From positions 1,344,001-1,408,000 of the forward strand of contig CBDCMT010000001.1 in NCBI GenBank assembly GCA_965219095.1: 64,000 nucleotides of DNA. The letters run 5' to 3'. Numbering within the stretch: position 1 is the first letter of the stretch; each line of letters opens with the position of its first letter. Made by a program: the position numbers and the translations under genes. The stretch comes from Bdellovibrionales bacterium. GTDB lineage: Bacteria; Bdellovibrionota; Bdellovibrionia; Bdellovibrionales; UBA1609. Positions 54,659 through 64,000 of this stretch are shown here, piece by piece. The notes under the pieces are model-generated. The model did no database searches. It was not told the origin of the DNA and was given only the letters and a program-made list of their open reading frames with translations.

Positions 54659-55724
54659 ATGAATATAAAAACTTTTATACCACTTATATGTACTGGGCTC
54701 TGGGGATTTTCATCTCATGCTGTGTCCTATCACCACTCTGAATCTAAACACATAAAAGCTCTCCAGAATCCTCTTGTTTGCGATTTGATTCCTTATATAC
54801 CCAAATTCCACGCTAAAAATGATCACTACATTGCTCTAACATAGGATAAGTTCCATAAGACAGAAATTTTCCAGTAAAAATGGGGTTATTGCCCTTTTTT
54901 TCTGTGAAAAGCTCTTGCCATTCTATTTTTAAGTAGTTACCATAATGGTAACTACTATGAGTTTTATAAAGAAGATTAAAAGAGGAGGCAGCACTTATTT
55001 AGCAGAGGTGAGAAATATCCGAGTCAAGGGCAAGGTCGTACATCAGAATTTTAAAAGGAGTTACAAATTTAAATCCTGTACGACACTGGCTTTGCAACAG
55101 AGTAGTGGCTCATTTTTTTATTTGTTATTTATCTTATCTTCTGCTTTCCGTATTAAAGTTACATCTCTACAATTTGGATTTGGATATTTCGCCCATTCAA
55201 GCATTAAAAGAGCTAGAAAACCTGTACAAAGTTTATTTTTCTGATAAAAAGAAAAAAGTTCAAATGTCTCGGACAGTTGCTCTAAGCAAAATTCAAGAAA
55301 ATATCATAAAGGCTATTGACAAAAAGCTTCTCAGAGAAATGAAAACCAGTAGTGATCATTTTTAGCGTGGAATTTGGGTTATATAGTCTTACAAAAAAAT
55401 GAAGAAGCTATGAATAGCTATGAAATCAAAGACAGAGCAGGTATCTTATGGCATGGAAGTACTGTGGAGGTTATTGATAACAAGGTTTATACTGGCCTTG
55501 GCGTTCAGTTCGTCAAGGTTAGAGTTGTAAACAACTTGATTTCAAAATTAGATCGAGACAGGAAGCAAATACTTCTTCAAAATGGTAGCATTGGTCATCA
55601 AATGTGTGAAACTTGCACAATGGACAAAGTGTATCTAGCTAAAGTTGGAGAGGTAGGTTTTATAGACTTAGTTAGTGTGGGTCAAGAAACTGATTTACAT
55701 AGAAAACTTTGCGAGAGGATTTAA
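54659..55724 (+). pseudogene. Secreted protein (possibly SH3-like) split by a mini IS1634
   Basis: Removing 54800-55378 plus the TSD restores ...CDLIPYIVLQKNEEAM... in frame. Confidence 0.8.
54800..55378 (+). mobile_element. Internally deleted IS1634-like element
   Basis: 30-bp IR CCCAAATTCCACGCTAAAAATGATCACTAC, TTATATA duplicated, transposase N-terminus joined to its C-terminus (AHFFICYLSY). Confidence 0.88.
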
Positions 55725-55791
55725 GTTCACTCTAATTTATTAAAAACATTTAAGTTATGAATGAGTGAAAGTAAGAAGGGATAAAGAAAAT

Positions 55792-56037
55792 ATGAAAAAA
55801 ACCATTTTTACAGGATTTATTTTAGGTTTCATCTTGAGTTTTTCTACGCAAGCTATTGGGGGAAGTTTTGGGAATCCTGCAAATTTATCTGGAAGTTCGA
55901 TGCCAAACAAACAACGAAAAGCTAAAAGTAAAAAGCCTCCTCAAAAGAAGGGCAGAAAACAACAGCACAGCAAAAAAGAAGATCGAAGTAGAAAGAAGGA
56001 TTTAGAATTATGCAAATTATTTTCTCATAATTCTTAA
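55792..56037 (+). CDS. Small basic secreted peptide, possibly truncated
   Basis: MKKTIF... signal peptide ending TQA; K/R/Q-rich; 3' end lies inside a palindrome. Confidence 0.55.
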   Translation: MKKTIFTGFILGFILSFSTQAIGGSFGNPANLSGSSMPNKQRKAKSKKPPQKKGRKQQHSKKEDRSRKKDLELCKLFSHNS

Positions 56038-56098
56038 TATTTCTAAACATTTAGCTTTTTTATGAAAAAATAATTTGCATAATTCTAAATCTTTCTTT
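55992..56098. repeat. About 39-bp inverted repeat with a ~29-bp spacer (MITE/foldback-like)
   Basis: AAAGAAGGATTTAGAATTATGCAAATTATTTT...AAAATAATTTGCATAATTCTAAATCTTTCTTT. Confidence 0.8.
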
Positions 56099-56200
56099 TA
56101 AAGCTTTGGAAAATGATGATTTTAAGAAAAATAGAAACATCATCAACACCATTCAAGATGAAGGCTTAAATCATGAGTTCATGTGTGAAAAGATTTTTTA
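56099..56200 (+). pseudogene. Inverted fragment of the regulator N-terminus
   Basis: KALENDDFKKNRNIINTIQDEGLNHEFM. Confidence 0.8.
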
Positions 56201-56287
56201 CCTCCTCAAAAGAATCTGTGGGTTCCCTGAGGTTCTGGTAGTTTTCCAAGGTTATGATATAAGGCGATTTCTAGAGCTTTAGAGGTT
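56201..56287 (-). mobile_element. Diverged ISL3 right-end fragment
   Basis: CCTCCTCAAAAGAATCTGTGGGTTCCC... Confidence 0.85.
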
Positions 56288-56458
56288 TTATAAAAAGACA
56301 ATTCAAGCAGTTCATCCAAGGAAAGCTAATAGGCCTCTGATTTTTATAAACCTTAAGGTTTCCATAAACCTGTCAAGAATCTGTTTTGTCTCAGCTTGGC
56401 ATTACAACTGCGCTAAGACTTGATTATTGGAAATTGATTGTAAGAGCCAGTTTATGAC

Positions 56459-57103
56459 TCAATGTACTTGATGCAGATGATAAACCATACTAAGAGTACA
56501 GGTGTCATAAATAGCATAGAGGTGTCGTAAATTAATTGACTTATAGGAATTTTGGAGGGTGGCGTTTTGAAAACGTCTATATTCATCATCAGTCATTTTG
56601 CAAGAATGATGAAACAAATCTTTATATTTTTCAGAAAAATCTCCTCTGTTCAAATAAACCAAATCTTGCCTTATAGAAAATGATTTTCCTGAGTAAATCG
56701 TGTTTAAAAAAAAGTCCATGTTAAAATCTTTTTCTTTTCTTGAAAAATCATAAATGTACTCTGAGGATAATTCCTTTAGGCTTTCACATTTATGAATCAT
56801 GCATTTTAAAATTAAATGATTTTTTGCTGCCTCTACAGTATTTCCATATCCTATTTTTTTTTCTGATTGTGTTGCAAACATACTCTTAAATGGAAAAAGC
56901 TTTGTAAATTGATCTACAGGAGTAGCCGTGTATAGAATTTTTTGATCCTTTTCTAGATCATAAACAGACTTTAGAAGAGAGTCTGTATCCTTTAACAGAA
57001 AATGCATTAAGATCTCTCTTTCTCCGTTCTGTTTTCGATATTGAGAGAAACCATTCAGTTCGAAAAAAAACATGATTAAGACAAAAAATATATATTTTTT
57101 CAT
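56459..57103 (-). CDS. Secreted hypothetical protein (copy 2)
   Basis: Identical to 44145-44789. Confidence 0.85.
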   Translation of the reverse strand: MKKYIFFVLIMFFFELNGFSQYRKQNGEREILMHFLLKDTDSLLKSVYDLEKDQKILYTATPVDQFTKLFPFKSMFATQSEKKIGYGNTVEAAKNHLILKCMIHKCESLKELSSEYIYDFSRKEKDFNMDFFLNTIYSGKSFSIRQDLVYLNRGDFSEKYKDLFHHSCKMTDDEYRRFQNATLQNSYKSINLRHLYAIYDTCTLSMVYHLHQVH

Positions 57104-57106
57104 AAA

Positions 57107-58258
57107 TTACCATCCCCCTGAAAGTCTAGGCCTCGCCCCCCCATACAAAATTTTTGATGTAGAAAAAAAGGCCCCTAATTGTATTTTGGATATTTGACGA
57201 CAAAGATCACTCCATCCATCTTTAAGGTTTACTTCTTTTAGCAATTCAAGGTTTTCTTGTGTTCGAGATTCAGCCTCCCTACACGTTAAAGGAGCGCTAG
57301 GAGGATTCCATTTATAGAGAATGTGATTTTGAGTCACTTCATTATAAAGTAATTTGAAGTCTAAAAGAGCTCCGTTACCAAGAAGACCGTTCCATATGGC
57401 TAGAGAAAAAGGTTTTATTTTTTTTATAATTTCATCTATTTTTTTAACACAAGATGTTTCTTGTAAAAAACTTAAAGTTTCTTTTGAGTAAAAATAAGAA
57501 ACATCTTTGTCAATCATATCAGAAATTTCATTAATGATATTCCACTCAAGCTGAAAAGCTCTTAAGCTAGAAAAAGCGGACTGAAGAACAGGAGAGCCTA
57601 ATAAAGGATCAAATTTTTTCAGTTGATTATAATGGGGAGATGTTATTTTATCTGCAAAATGGGATTGATATTGAAAACCAGCATCTAATTGTATGGATAA
57701 TTCGTGGACTAAAATGGGAATTAACCTTTTTTCAGAGAAACTACTTTCATATAAAATGATTTCTCCTGTATGAGACCAAGAATCAAAAATATAAGAACTC
57801 TCTGAAAGGAAATCTTCATTATTTATATAAAAATATTTCATCTTTTCATAAGTTGGAAAAAAAGTTGTTTTGTTAGATTGTAGTTTTACCTCAATAGGAA
57901 AGAAAGGTTTATAGGCCTTCTTTTTTGGAAGGGGTGCCTCTTCGCAGCCTAATAAAATATTAGAAATGTCGGACTCACCTAATCCTAAATAGATGTTGGC
58001 TGTTTTTTTATCACATAACAAAGTTTGACGAAGCATATAGTAGAGAGCTGTAGGGGTTGAAAGTATTGTCTTATAGGCAGAAAGTATTTTTTTATAATTT
58101 TCACTGCCCCTTTCAATTTCTCTCTTTTTTTCATGATTATGAAAGGAAATTCCATGAATCTTTTGACAACTATGCCACTCTGTTTCAGCAGAAGTGGCCT
58201 TCCCATTAAAAAAAGAAAAAAGCAGAACAAAAATAAATAAAAATTGAAAAGACGTCAT
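57107..58258 (-). CDS. Secreted hypothetical protein with HEL motif (copy 2, G7, ends GGARPRLSGGW)
   Basis: 383-aa ORF; stop lies 3 bp before the next ATG. Confidence 0.85.
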   Translation of the reverse strand: MTSFQFLFIFVLLFSFFNGKATSAETEWHSCQKIHGISFHNHEKKREIERGSENYKKILSAYKTILSTPTALYYMLRQTLLCDKKTANIYLGLGESDISNILLGCEEAPLPKKKAYKPFFPIEVKLQSNKTTFFPTYEKMKYFYINNEDFLSESSYIFDSWSHTGEIILYESSFSEKRLIPILVHELSIQLDAGFQYQSHFADKITSPHYNQLKKFDPLLGSPVLQSAFSSLRAFQLEWNIINEISDMIDKDVSYFYSKETLSFLQETSCVKKIDEIIKKIKPFSLAIWNGLLGNGALLDFKLLYNEVTQNHILYKWNPPSAPLTCREAESRTQENLELLKEVNLKDGWSDLCRQISKIQLGAFFSTSKILYGGARPRLSGGW

Positions 58259-59215
58259 TTAACTCCTAATTTTATATGTTGATTTTTTGATATTTTTATT
58301 TTCTGAACTTTGAAAACAGACTCCTCTCTTAAAGTTAATCCATAAATTCTTTTGTTTAATCTCTTAAAAAGGATTCTTGTTTTATCAATGGCCATAAAGC
58401 TAAGGGATTCGTTATAGAGCAATTGGATCACTTCTTCCGTTGAACAAGAGGTTTTTTCAGAAAAAATTTGAAAAACTTTTTCTACAACTTCAATGTTTTT
58501 TAAAAATACTTTTTGGTCTTTGAACACAAGACTTCTATCTCTCTTATGGACATAAACATAAAGCTCATCTAAGGGGTTTTGTAAGTCAAGTTTTTTCCTC
58601 CAAAGATTTCTTGTTTTTTGAGAAAACTTATATAGAAGTAAATTTACAAAGTCCAACAAGGGATCCTTGTTCTGAGCCCTTCTTAGAGATAGCACAGAAA
58701 CTTTTAAAACCTCGGAAAAAAGCATTTTTTTCTTTAGCTCCACAACTTCTCTAAGAGATAAGCTGTAATTTTTATTCTCAAGAAAATTAAGAAGAATTTT
58801 TTCATACAAAGTTAAAAATTCACTTTTAAGCATAGGCTTAATTGTCTTTATATCTATGGGCTTATCATGGATCAAATAATGTTCAATAAATTCTGTCAGA
58901 AACAAATTGATATCTGTTGGGTTTTTTATTTTACTGCTTTTCAAGACATTAAAAAGTCTTGCCTCTGCAAGACTTTGTTTTTTCACTCTCAACTCAGCTA
59001 AGAATAGAGCATGCTGTGTTTCAATGAATAAGGAATGATCACCTCTTATATCTGAATACTCTAATAAATTGAAATAAGCAGAGTTAATGTCTTGGGTCAT
59101 TCCATAAACGGACTCTATTCTGAGAATTTGCGATAAGCAAAGAAGAACGTCTTCTGTTTTTTGTTCTTTAAATATTTTTAAAAGATGTTTATAACTTTTT
59201 AAAGCTTCATAAATA

Positions 59216-59285
59216 TAGCGAATACGCTTAGATTCTCCGGTCGATTCTCTAGAGAAAAAAACTGAAAACCTAAACGGAAACACTA
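59216..59285. mobile_element. 70-bp IS630-derived mini element
   Basis: TAGCGAATACGCTTAGATTCTC...GAAAACCTAAACGGAAACACTA with TA duplication. Confidence 0.75.
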
Positions 59286-59289
59286 TATA

Positions 59290-60989
59290 CCTAAGTTTGA
59301 GACAATTTTTACTCACTAGGATTTAAGAAAGTATGGAAGTGCGATTTCTCAAAATTCCTAAATCTATGGAATTCAGTATTTTTTCTTGCTTCTTATTTAA
59401 AGTAACAGTTTTCATCAACCTTACTTTTTTCTTTTTATCAGAAAAATAAACATTATACATTGTTTCCAGCTCCTCAATGGCTTTTTGTGGAGATATTCCA
59501 ACATTTTTATGATTTAATCTCATTTTTAAAATTGATAATAAAAGATAGGATAAATAACATATGAACACATGGGCTTTAACTTTTTTGTTTAGCCAAAATC
59601 TGATAGGTTGTATATTCGAGATACCTTTCAATACTTTAAAAGCTTGTTCTATAACATCCTTGTCAAAATAAATCCTTACCATTTCCTTTTCTGAAATGGA
59701 TTTCTTTGTGCAGAAAAGACAAAAAAATCCATCCAACTCTTCCTCTCTTTTTAAAAGCTCTGTCCTGATTCTGCCAGTGGCTGTTAAATATCTTTCAAAA
59801 CGTTCATTTATCTTTTTCCCTTTTTTTCTTAATTCTTGAGCCTCAAGAAGGCCCAATCTTCTTGATTCTGTTTCCTCTAATTTTTTCGATGCATTATAAC
59901 AAATTACCAATTTTCCACTAATTGAAGCTAATTTATAAGCAACTCCTCCCACATAAAAACTACTCTTATTGACTCGGACTATGCTTGATATGTTGTCCAG
60001 GAATTTTTTATTTGAAAACTTTCTTATAATAGCCTTTTCTTTCTCTCGAATGGGCAAGCCACATAAGGTATTTAAGCCTATTTCTCTAGAGGACATCAGA
60101 TTTTTTTTAGAAACTACACCCCGATCATAAACAAACAGTTGAGGACGAATTTGACTTTTTCGTAAATACTCTAGAACGCATGAAAGAGTTCTTGCGTCAT
60201 GAATATTTCCATCAAATGTTTTGTGAAATACAGGAACTCCTTCATTTTGTGTTGTCACCAAAGCTATTTGAATAAGATCATTTTGTCTTTGACCATCCTT
60301 ACTTCTTCCTTGTTTTCCCATTGAGCAGGCCTTTCCATGAAAATAAGTGTTTGTAGTGTCATAAACTAGACCTTTGGTATCTAATTTATATGTTCTCTTG
60401 ACCTTATTAAAGATGGTTTTCTGATAAGCTTCTATTTGCTCATCGTTAATATCGACTTTCTGTCAAAGAATCTAAGTTTAGAAGCAAATTTAAATCAGTT
60501 CTTTCATACCATTTTGGCATATTCCGTAAGCTTTTATAATTTATACAGTGAGCGTAAGTCATGCTTAGTATTTCGTTGGAGTATTCCCCCTAAAATTTCT
60601 GGAAGATTTATTTTTTTTGCAATGCTGTGAAAGGCAAGCAAGGGACCATAGATTTTTAACCATCCATTTGAATATCTTTTGATGAAAGAGAAATGACAGC
60701 CTCTTTATTAACTTCTTTTCCAATATGACGGATGTATTTCTGAACAACTTTACCTTTAACCCATCGATTTTCTACTTCTGCAAGATAAACGACACCACCC
60801 TTTTTGTATCTTCTAATAAAGCTCATGAACACCTCCTAGTGAGTATAATACTCACTATAAACCTAAGAAAAGTCAAGGCTTATTTTTCTTTGGATTGAAA
60901 ATTCCTGTATTTCCCCTATAGAAATGGAGTTTCTTTGAGGTGACCTAAAATGGAAAATCCTAGTGAGTAAAATTTATCTCGAATTTAGG
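59290..60989 (-). mobile_element. IS1634-family IS, frameshifted transposase (59323-60826)
   Basis: About 33-bp imperfect IR, TSD TATATA; YDTT, G.SKD, DRG, IEQAFKVLK, KAHVFICYL. Confidence 0.9.
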
Positions 60990-61661
60990 TATATACCCAT
61001 CAAGTTCTAGGAATTTGTTAATGTTGATCCTTGTTCTAAAAACAACTCCTGGCTCTAAAAGAAAATGGTTTTTTCTAAGGTATTCTTCTATCTTCTTCCA
61101 TTTTTTTCTCCAACTTGAAAAATCTGACATTAAAAGGAATAAATTAGCCTCTTCACACAGCATTTTTACATGAGGAGGATGCATTTCCTGGTGGTCTTTT
61201 ATAACCTCTAAAGCTTTTTCATATTTACCTTGAAGTAAAAAGTTTTTAGATTTTAAAAAATTTTTTTCACTCATGAACTTATGATTTAAGCTTTCATCTT
61301 GAATGGTGTTGATGATGTTTCTATTTTTCTCAAAATCAGAATCTTTCAAAGCTTTATAAGCAGTTTGAAGTTTTTTTGCTAAGCCCTTATTGTTGATATT
61401 CATCTTTGTATGCCTTCTTCTGAAATTCCTTTCTGATAAATCGTCTTAAATCTTATTTCTCTAAAGCACAGTCAATTTTATCTAAGCCTGCAAACACCCC
61501 TCTATTCTGGCTTATTTTATCTACTTAAGAGAACCTAAAATCTAATGATAGGTTTATATCATAAGTTATAGGCTGTGTCAAAAAAATGATTTTTTCCTGA
61601 GCTTGAACGATTGAACAACTTTTTGCAGAAAACGGACTGTTATATGATAACTTATATTTTT

Positions 61662-61709
61662 GCCTTCTCAAAAGAATCTGTGGGTTCCCGGAGGTTCTTT
61701 TGAGGAGCC
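61662..61709. mobile_element. 48-bp palindromic ISL3 mini element
   Basis: Perfect 8-bp TSD ATATTTTT; absent from the other three promoter-module copies. Confidence 0.9.
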
Positions 61710-61920
61710 ATATTTTTTAACTCAATGGGTCATCAAGGTCAATTCATTGTTATTTTTACAATTCTTTTTGAAAAATTTATATGTCCACTTCAGTACACCT
61801 CAGTCTGTTTTAAAAGTGATCTCATTTGATTATGTTTGTGCTGGAATGTGTAATACAAATCAAAATGTGTAATGCAAATCACACATCATTTATAAAAACA
61901 AAGAAAAAAGGAGAATAAAA

Positions 61921-62059
61921 ATGAATATAAAAACTTTCATACCACTTATATGTACTGGGCTCTTGGGATTTTCATCTCATGCTGTGTCCTATCACCACTC
62001 TGAATCTAAGCACATAAAGGCTCTTCAGAATCCTCTTGTTTGCGATTTGATTCCTTATA
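61921..62059 (+). pseudogene. Second copy of the MNIKTF... secreted protein, truncated by an IS630 end
   Basis: Matches 54659-54799; IS630 end at 62060-62106. Confidence 0.85.
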
Positions 62060-62106
62060 TAGTGCTTCCGTTTAGGTTTTCAGTTTCCTAAGATAGAGAA
62101 GTTATC

Positions 62107-62834
62107 GAGGATGTCCCATTTCTCGGTGGAATTCTGTTCAAAAATGGAGCAGATAAGAGGACTCCCTGGTGGATTTTTAAGTCCACCTAGGATTTAATAA
62201 ATATTTAGAATGAATTAAAAATTAAACAAAAGGAGTCCAAAATGAAGAATACAAAAGAAAAAATATCAATTCAAGAACTATCGGATCACAAGGAGATTCA
62301 AGATGCTGTTCATAACTATATGAAGCATAGAATTCTTGACGTAATCTACCGGATATTTAATGACGAAGTCACTAAGCTCTGTGGTCCACTATACGATCGA
62401 GAGGAAGAATGCATGCGAAATGGAAGCGATCCTGGGTCTGTTTATGCTCAAGGACAAAGAGTTTCGATTCGAAAGCCCAGAGTTAAAAAAGACGGAAAAG
62501 ATGTCAAACTGCGAACATACTCTGCTTTGAGAAACTACGATGTTTTCACTGAAAAGATTCAGAACCACCTTCTCCATGGAGTTTCAACAAGGGACTACGA
62601 TCCTCTTTTAGAGGAGATCTCTGGTGGCACAGGAGTTAAGAAGAGTTCTGTTTCTAGAGCTTTTGTAAATTCCTCTAAGAAGGCTTTAGATGAGATAAGC
62701 TCTAAGGACTTGTCTAAGCATGAGTTTGTTTCAGTCATGATAGATGGAGTAGGCTTTGGAGATCGTACAGTGGTGGTTGCTTTAGGTATCGACGTGACGG
62801 GCAAAAAGCACATTATAGGGTTACGAGAAGGAAC
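62107..62834 (+). mobile_element. Second IS256-family type, 3'-truncated (transposase from 62242)
   Basis: GAGGATGTCCC end, GVSTRDY, KKSSVSR, VMIDG. Confidence 0.85.
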
Positions 62835-62907
62835 GAGGATGTCCCATTTCTCGGTGGAATTCTGCTCCATTTTTGAACAGAATTCCACCGAGAAATAGGA
62901 CATCCTC
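62835..62907. repeat. 73-bp palindrome of two IS256 left ends, followed by an ISL3 right end (62908-62937)
   Basis: The 62107 end sequence joined to its own reverse complement at TCTG. Confidence 0.88.
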
Positions 62908-63130
62908 CCGGGAACCCACAGATTCTTTTGAGGAGGCAAAAAATCTAATTATATTAAATATTTATAATTATTGCATCGCTCCGAAACACTGAACTCAGGA
63001 TAAAGACAAAATCTTCATAACATAAAATCACTAAAACCCATAAATTAACTCTTGCTTTTCCTCCCATAACTCCTACTATAGAATAGAAGTTTAGACAGAA
63101 AAATTTAACAGAAGAAAGGGCTTTTTTATT

Positions 63131-63556
63131 ATGAGGTATATTTTGTTTTTGACTTCAGTGGCTTTCATGGCTTCAGGATGTTCTTCCTACAGTTACAGAC
63201 CTATTCTGTACAACAATGCAGAATACAGAAAAGTAGGACAAGCTGAAGCAGAAAGACAAGTAGATTTTTGCTTAGCCGAAGCTGATCGATTTTTAAAAGG
63301 GCCTAAGGCTATAGCCTTTAAACAAAATCTCAAACGTTCTATGACAGCAGGAGGAATTTTAGGTGGTGTTTTAGGTGCAACAACAGGAAAACCCTCCCAA
63401 GCCCTTAAAGGTGTTGCAGGAGGTGCTGCTGTTGGTGCCGGCTCGTCCCTTATTGATGAATCCATCAAAGACAAACTCACACCCGATCAACTCAAATCAA
63501 GATATGTCGTACGTTGCCTTAAAGACAAAGGATTTGAAGTAATTGGTTGGATGTGA
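63131..63556 (+). CDS. Glycine-zipper lipoprotein
   Basis: Lipobox ASGC, GGILGGVLGA/GGAAVGAG, YVVRCLKDKGFEVIGW. Confidence 0.85.
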   Translation: MRYILFLTSVAFMASGCSSYSYRPILYNNAEYRKVGQAEAERQVDFCLAEADRFLKGPKAIAFKQNLKRSMTAGGILGGVLGATTGKPSQALKGVAGGAAVGAGSSLIDESIKDKLTPDQLKSRYVVRCLKDKGFEVIGWM

Positions 63557-64000
63557 TTTTTAAACCAAAAGAAACTTTTGTCTCAAGTTTAAAAAAAGCA
63601 TGTTCTTTCCTAAAAGATCACTTTCCTGAATCTATCGCCTATAAAGAAACTTATGAAATAGCTTCTTTTGTTTTTAAAAAAACTAAAGAACAACTTATCA
63701 TAGATTCGAATAAAAACATCTCCCCTTCTGAATCTGAGACTTTATTTCGTCTGTTAAAAAAACGATCACAAAAATACCCTTTAGCTTATCTTCTAGAAAC
63801 AGAAGAATTTTGTGGCTTAAGATTTAAAACCGGTCCTGGAGTTTTCATTCCAAGACCTGAGACAGAACTTCTTGTAGAGTTTGGACTTGACTTTCTAAGA
63901 CGTATGCATAGAAAAGCTTCCAAGGTTCTGTGTTGTGACCTAGGTGCAGGAACAGGTTGCATTAGTTTATCCATAGCAAAAAACTTTCCCTCTTCTTTTT
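63553..64000 (+). CDS. prmC: Release factor glutamine methyltransferase (partial, runs off window)
   Basis: GTG start overlapping the upstream stop; YPLAY, VFIPRPETELLVE, DLGAGTGCI. Confidence 0.93.
   Translation, partial: MIFKPKETFVSSLKKACSFLKDHFPESIAYKETYEIASFVFKKTKEQLIIDSNKNISPSESETLFRLLKKRSQKYPLAYLLETEEFCGLRFKTGPGVFIPRPETELLVEFGLDFLRRMHRKASKVLCCDLGAGTGCISLSIAKNFPSSF

Larger units (their letters stand above)
58255..61403 (-). pseudogene. TPR-wHTH regulator copy 2, disrupted by a mini IS630 and IS1634
   Basis: The two halves align to 45942-47312 and break at ...LDGYI|YEAL. Confidence 0.9.

Noticed and set aside
58255..59316. Independent 353-aa gene
   Set aside because: Its N-terminus is read from IS ends; it is the 3' half of the disrupted regulator
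42737..61802. CRISPR array or integron attC array
   Set aside because: The repeats are ~200-bp promoter blocks kilobases apart; no repeat-spacer periodicity, cas genes, integrase or attC core sites
1..64000. tRNA, rRNA or prophage genes
   Set aside because: None recognised

Overview
AT-rich bacterial chromosome segment, probably Bdellovibrionota/Oligoflexia-like (inferred from gene order, the mevalonate genes and TPR-wHTH proteins). It is undergoing heavy IS expansion and decay: ISL3, IS66, IS630, IS5, IS256, IS1634, IS982 and IS110, plus IS3- and IS481-like end remnants, often nested. Housekeeping blocks: prfB-lolC-lolD-bamA-skp-fabZ; rpmI-rplT-mvaA-GHMP kinase-mvaD; aceE; TonB/PP2C/M23; rpsB-tsf-pyrH-frr-uppS-cdsA; an aroK-aroD-aroE fusion; prmC. 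Highlights: (1) at 42.7-62.1 kb, a roughly four-fold repeated cassette. A shared divergent promoter with 10-bp-phased repeats sits between a TPR/winged-helix regulator operon and secreted-protein genes, two of which are cysteine-patterned paralogs differing almost only by amino-acid-changing substitutions. (2) A hidden, split IS110 recombinase with a structured, bridge-RNA-like upstream region. (3) A three-way-junction element in the ISL3 leader with a compensatory base change. (4) Several IS families reduced to 21-110 bp palindromic scars. All alignments and folds were done by eye.
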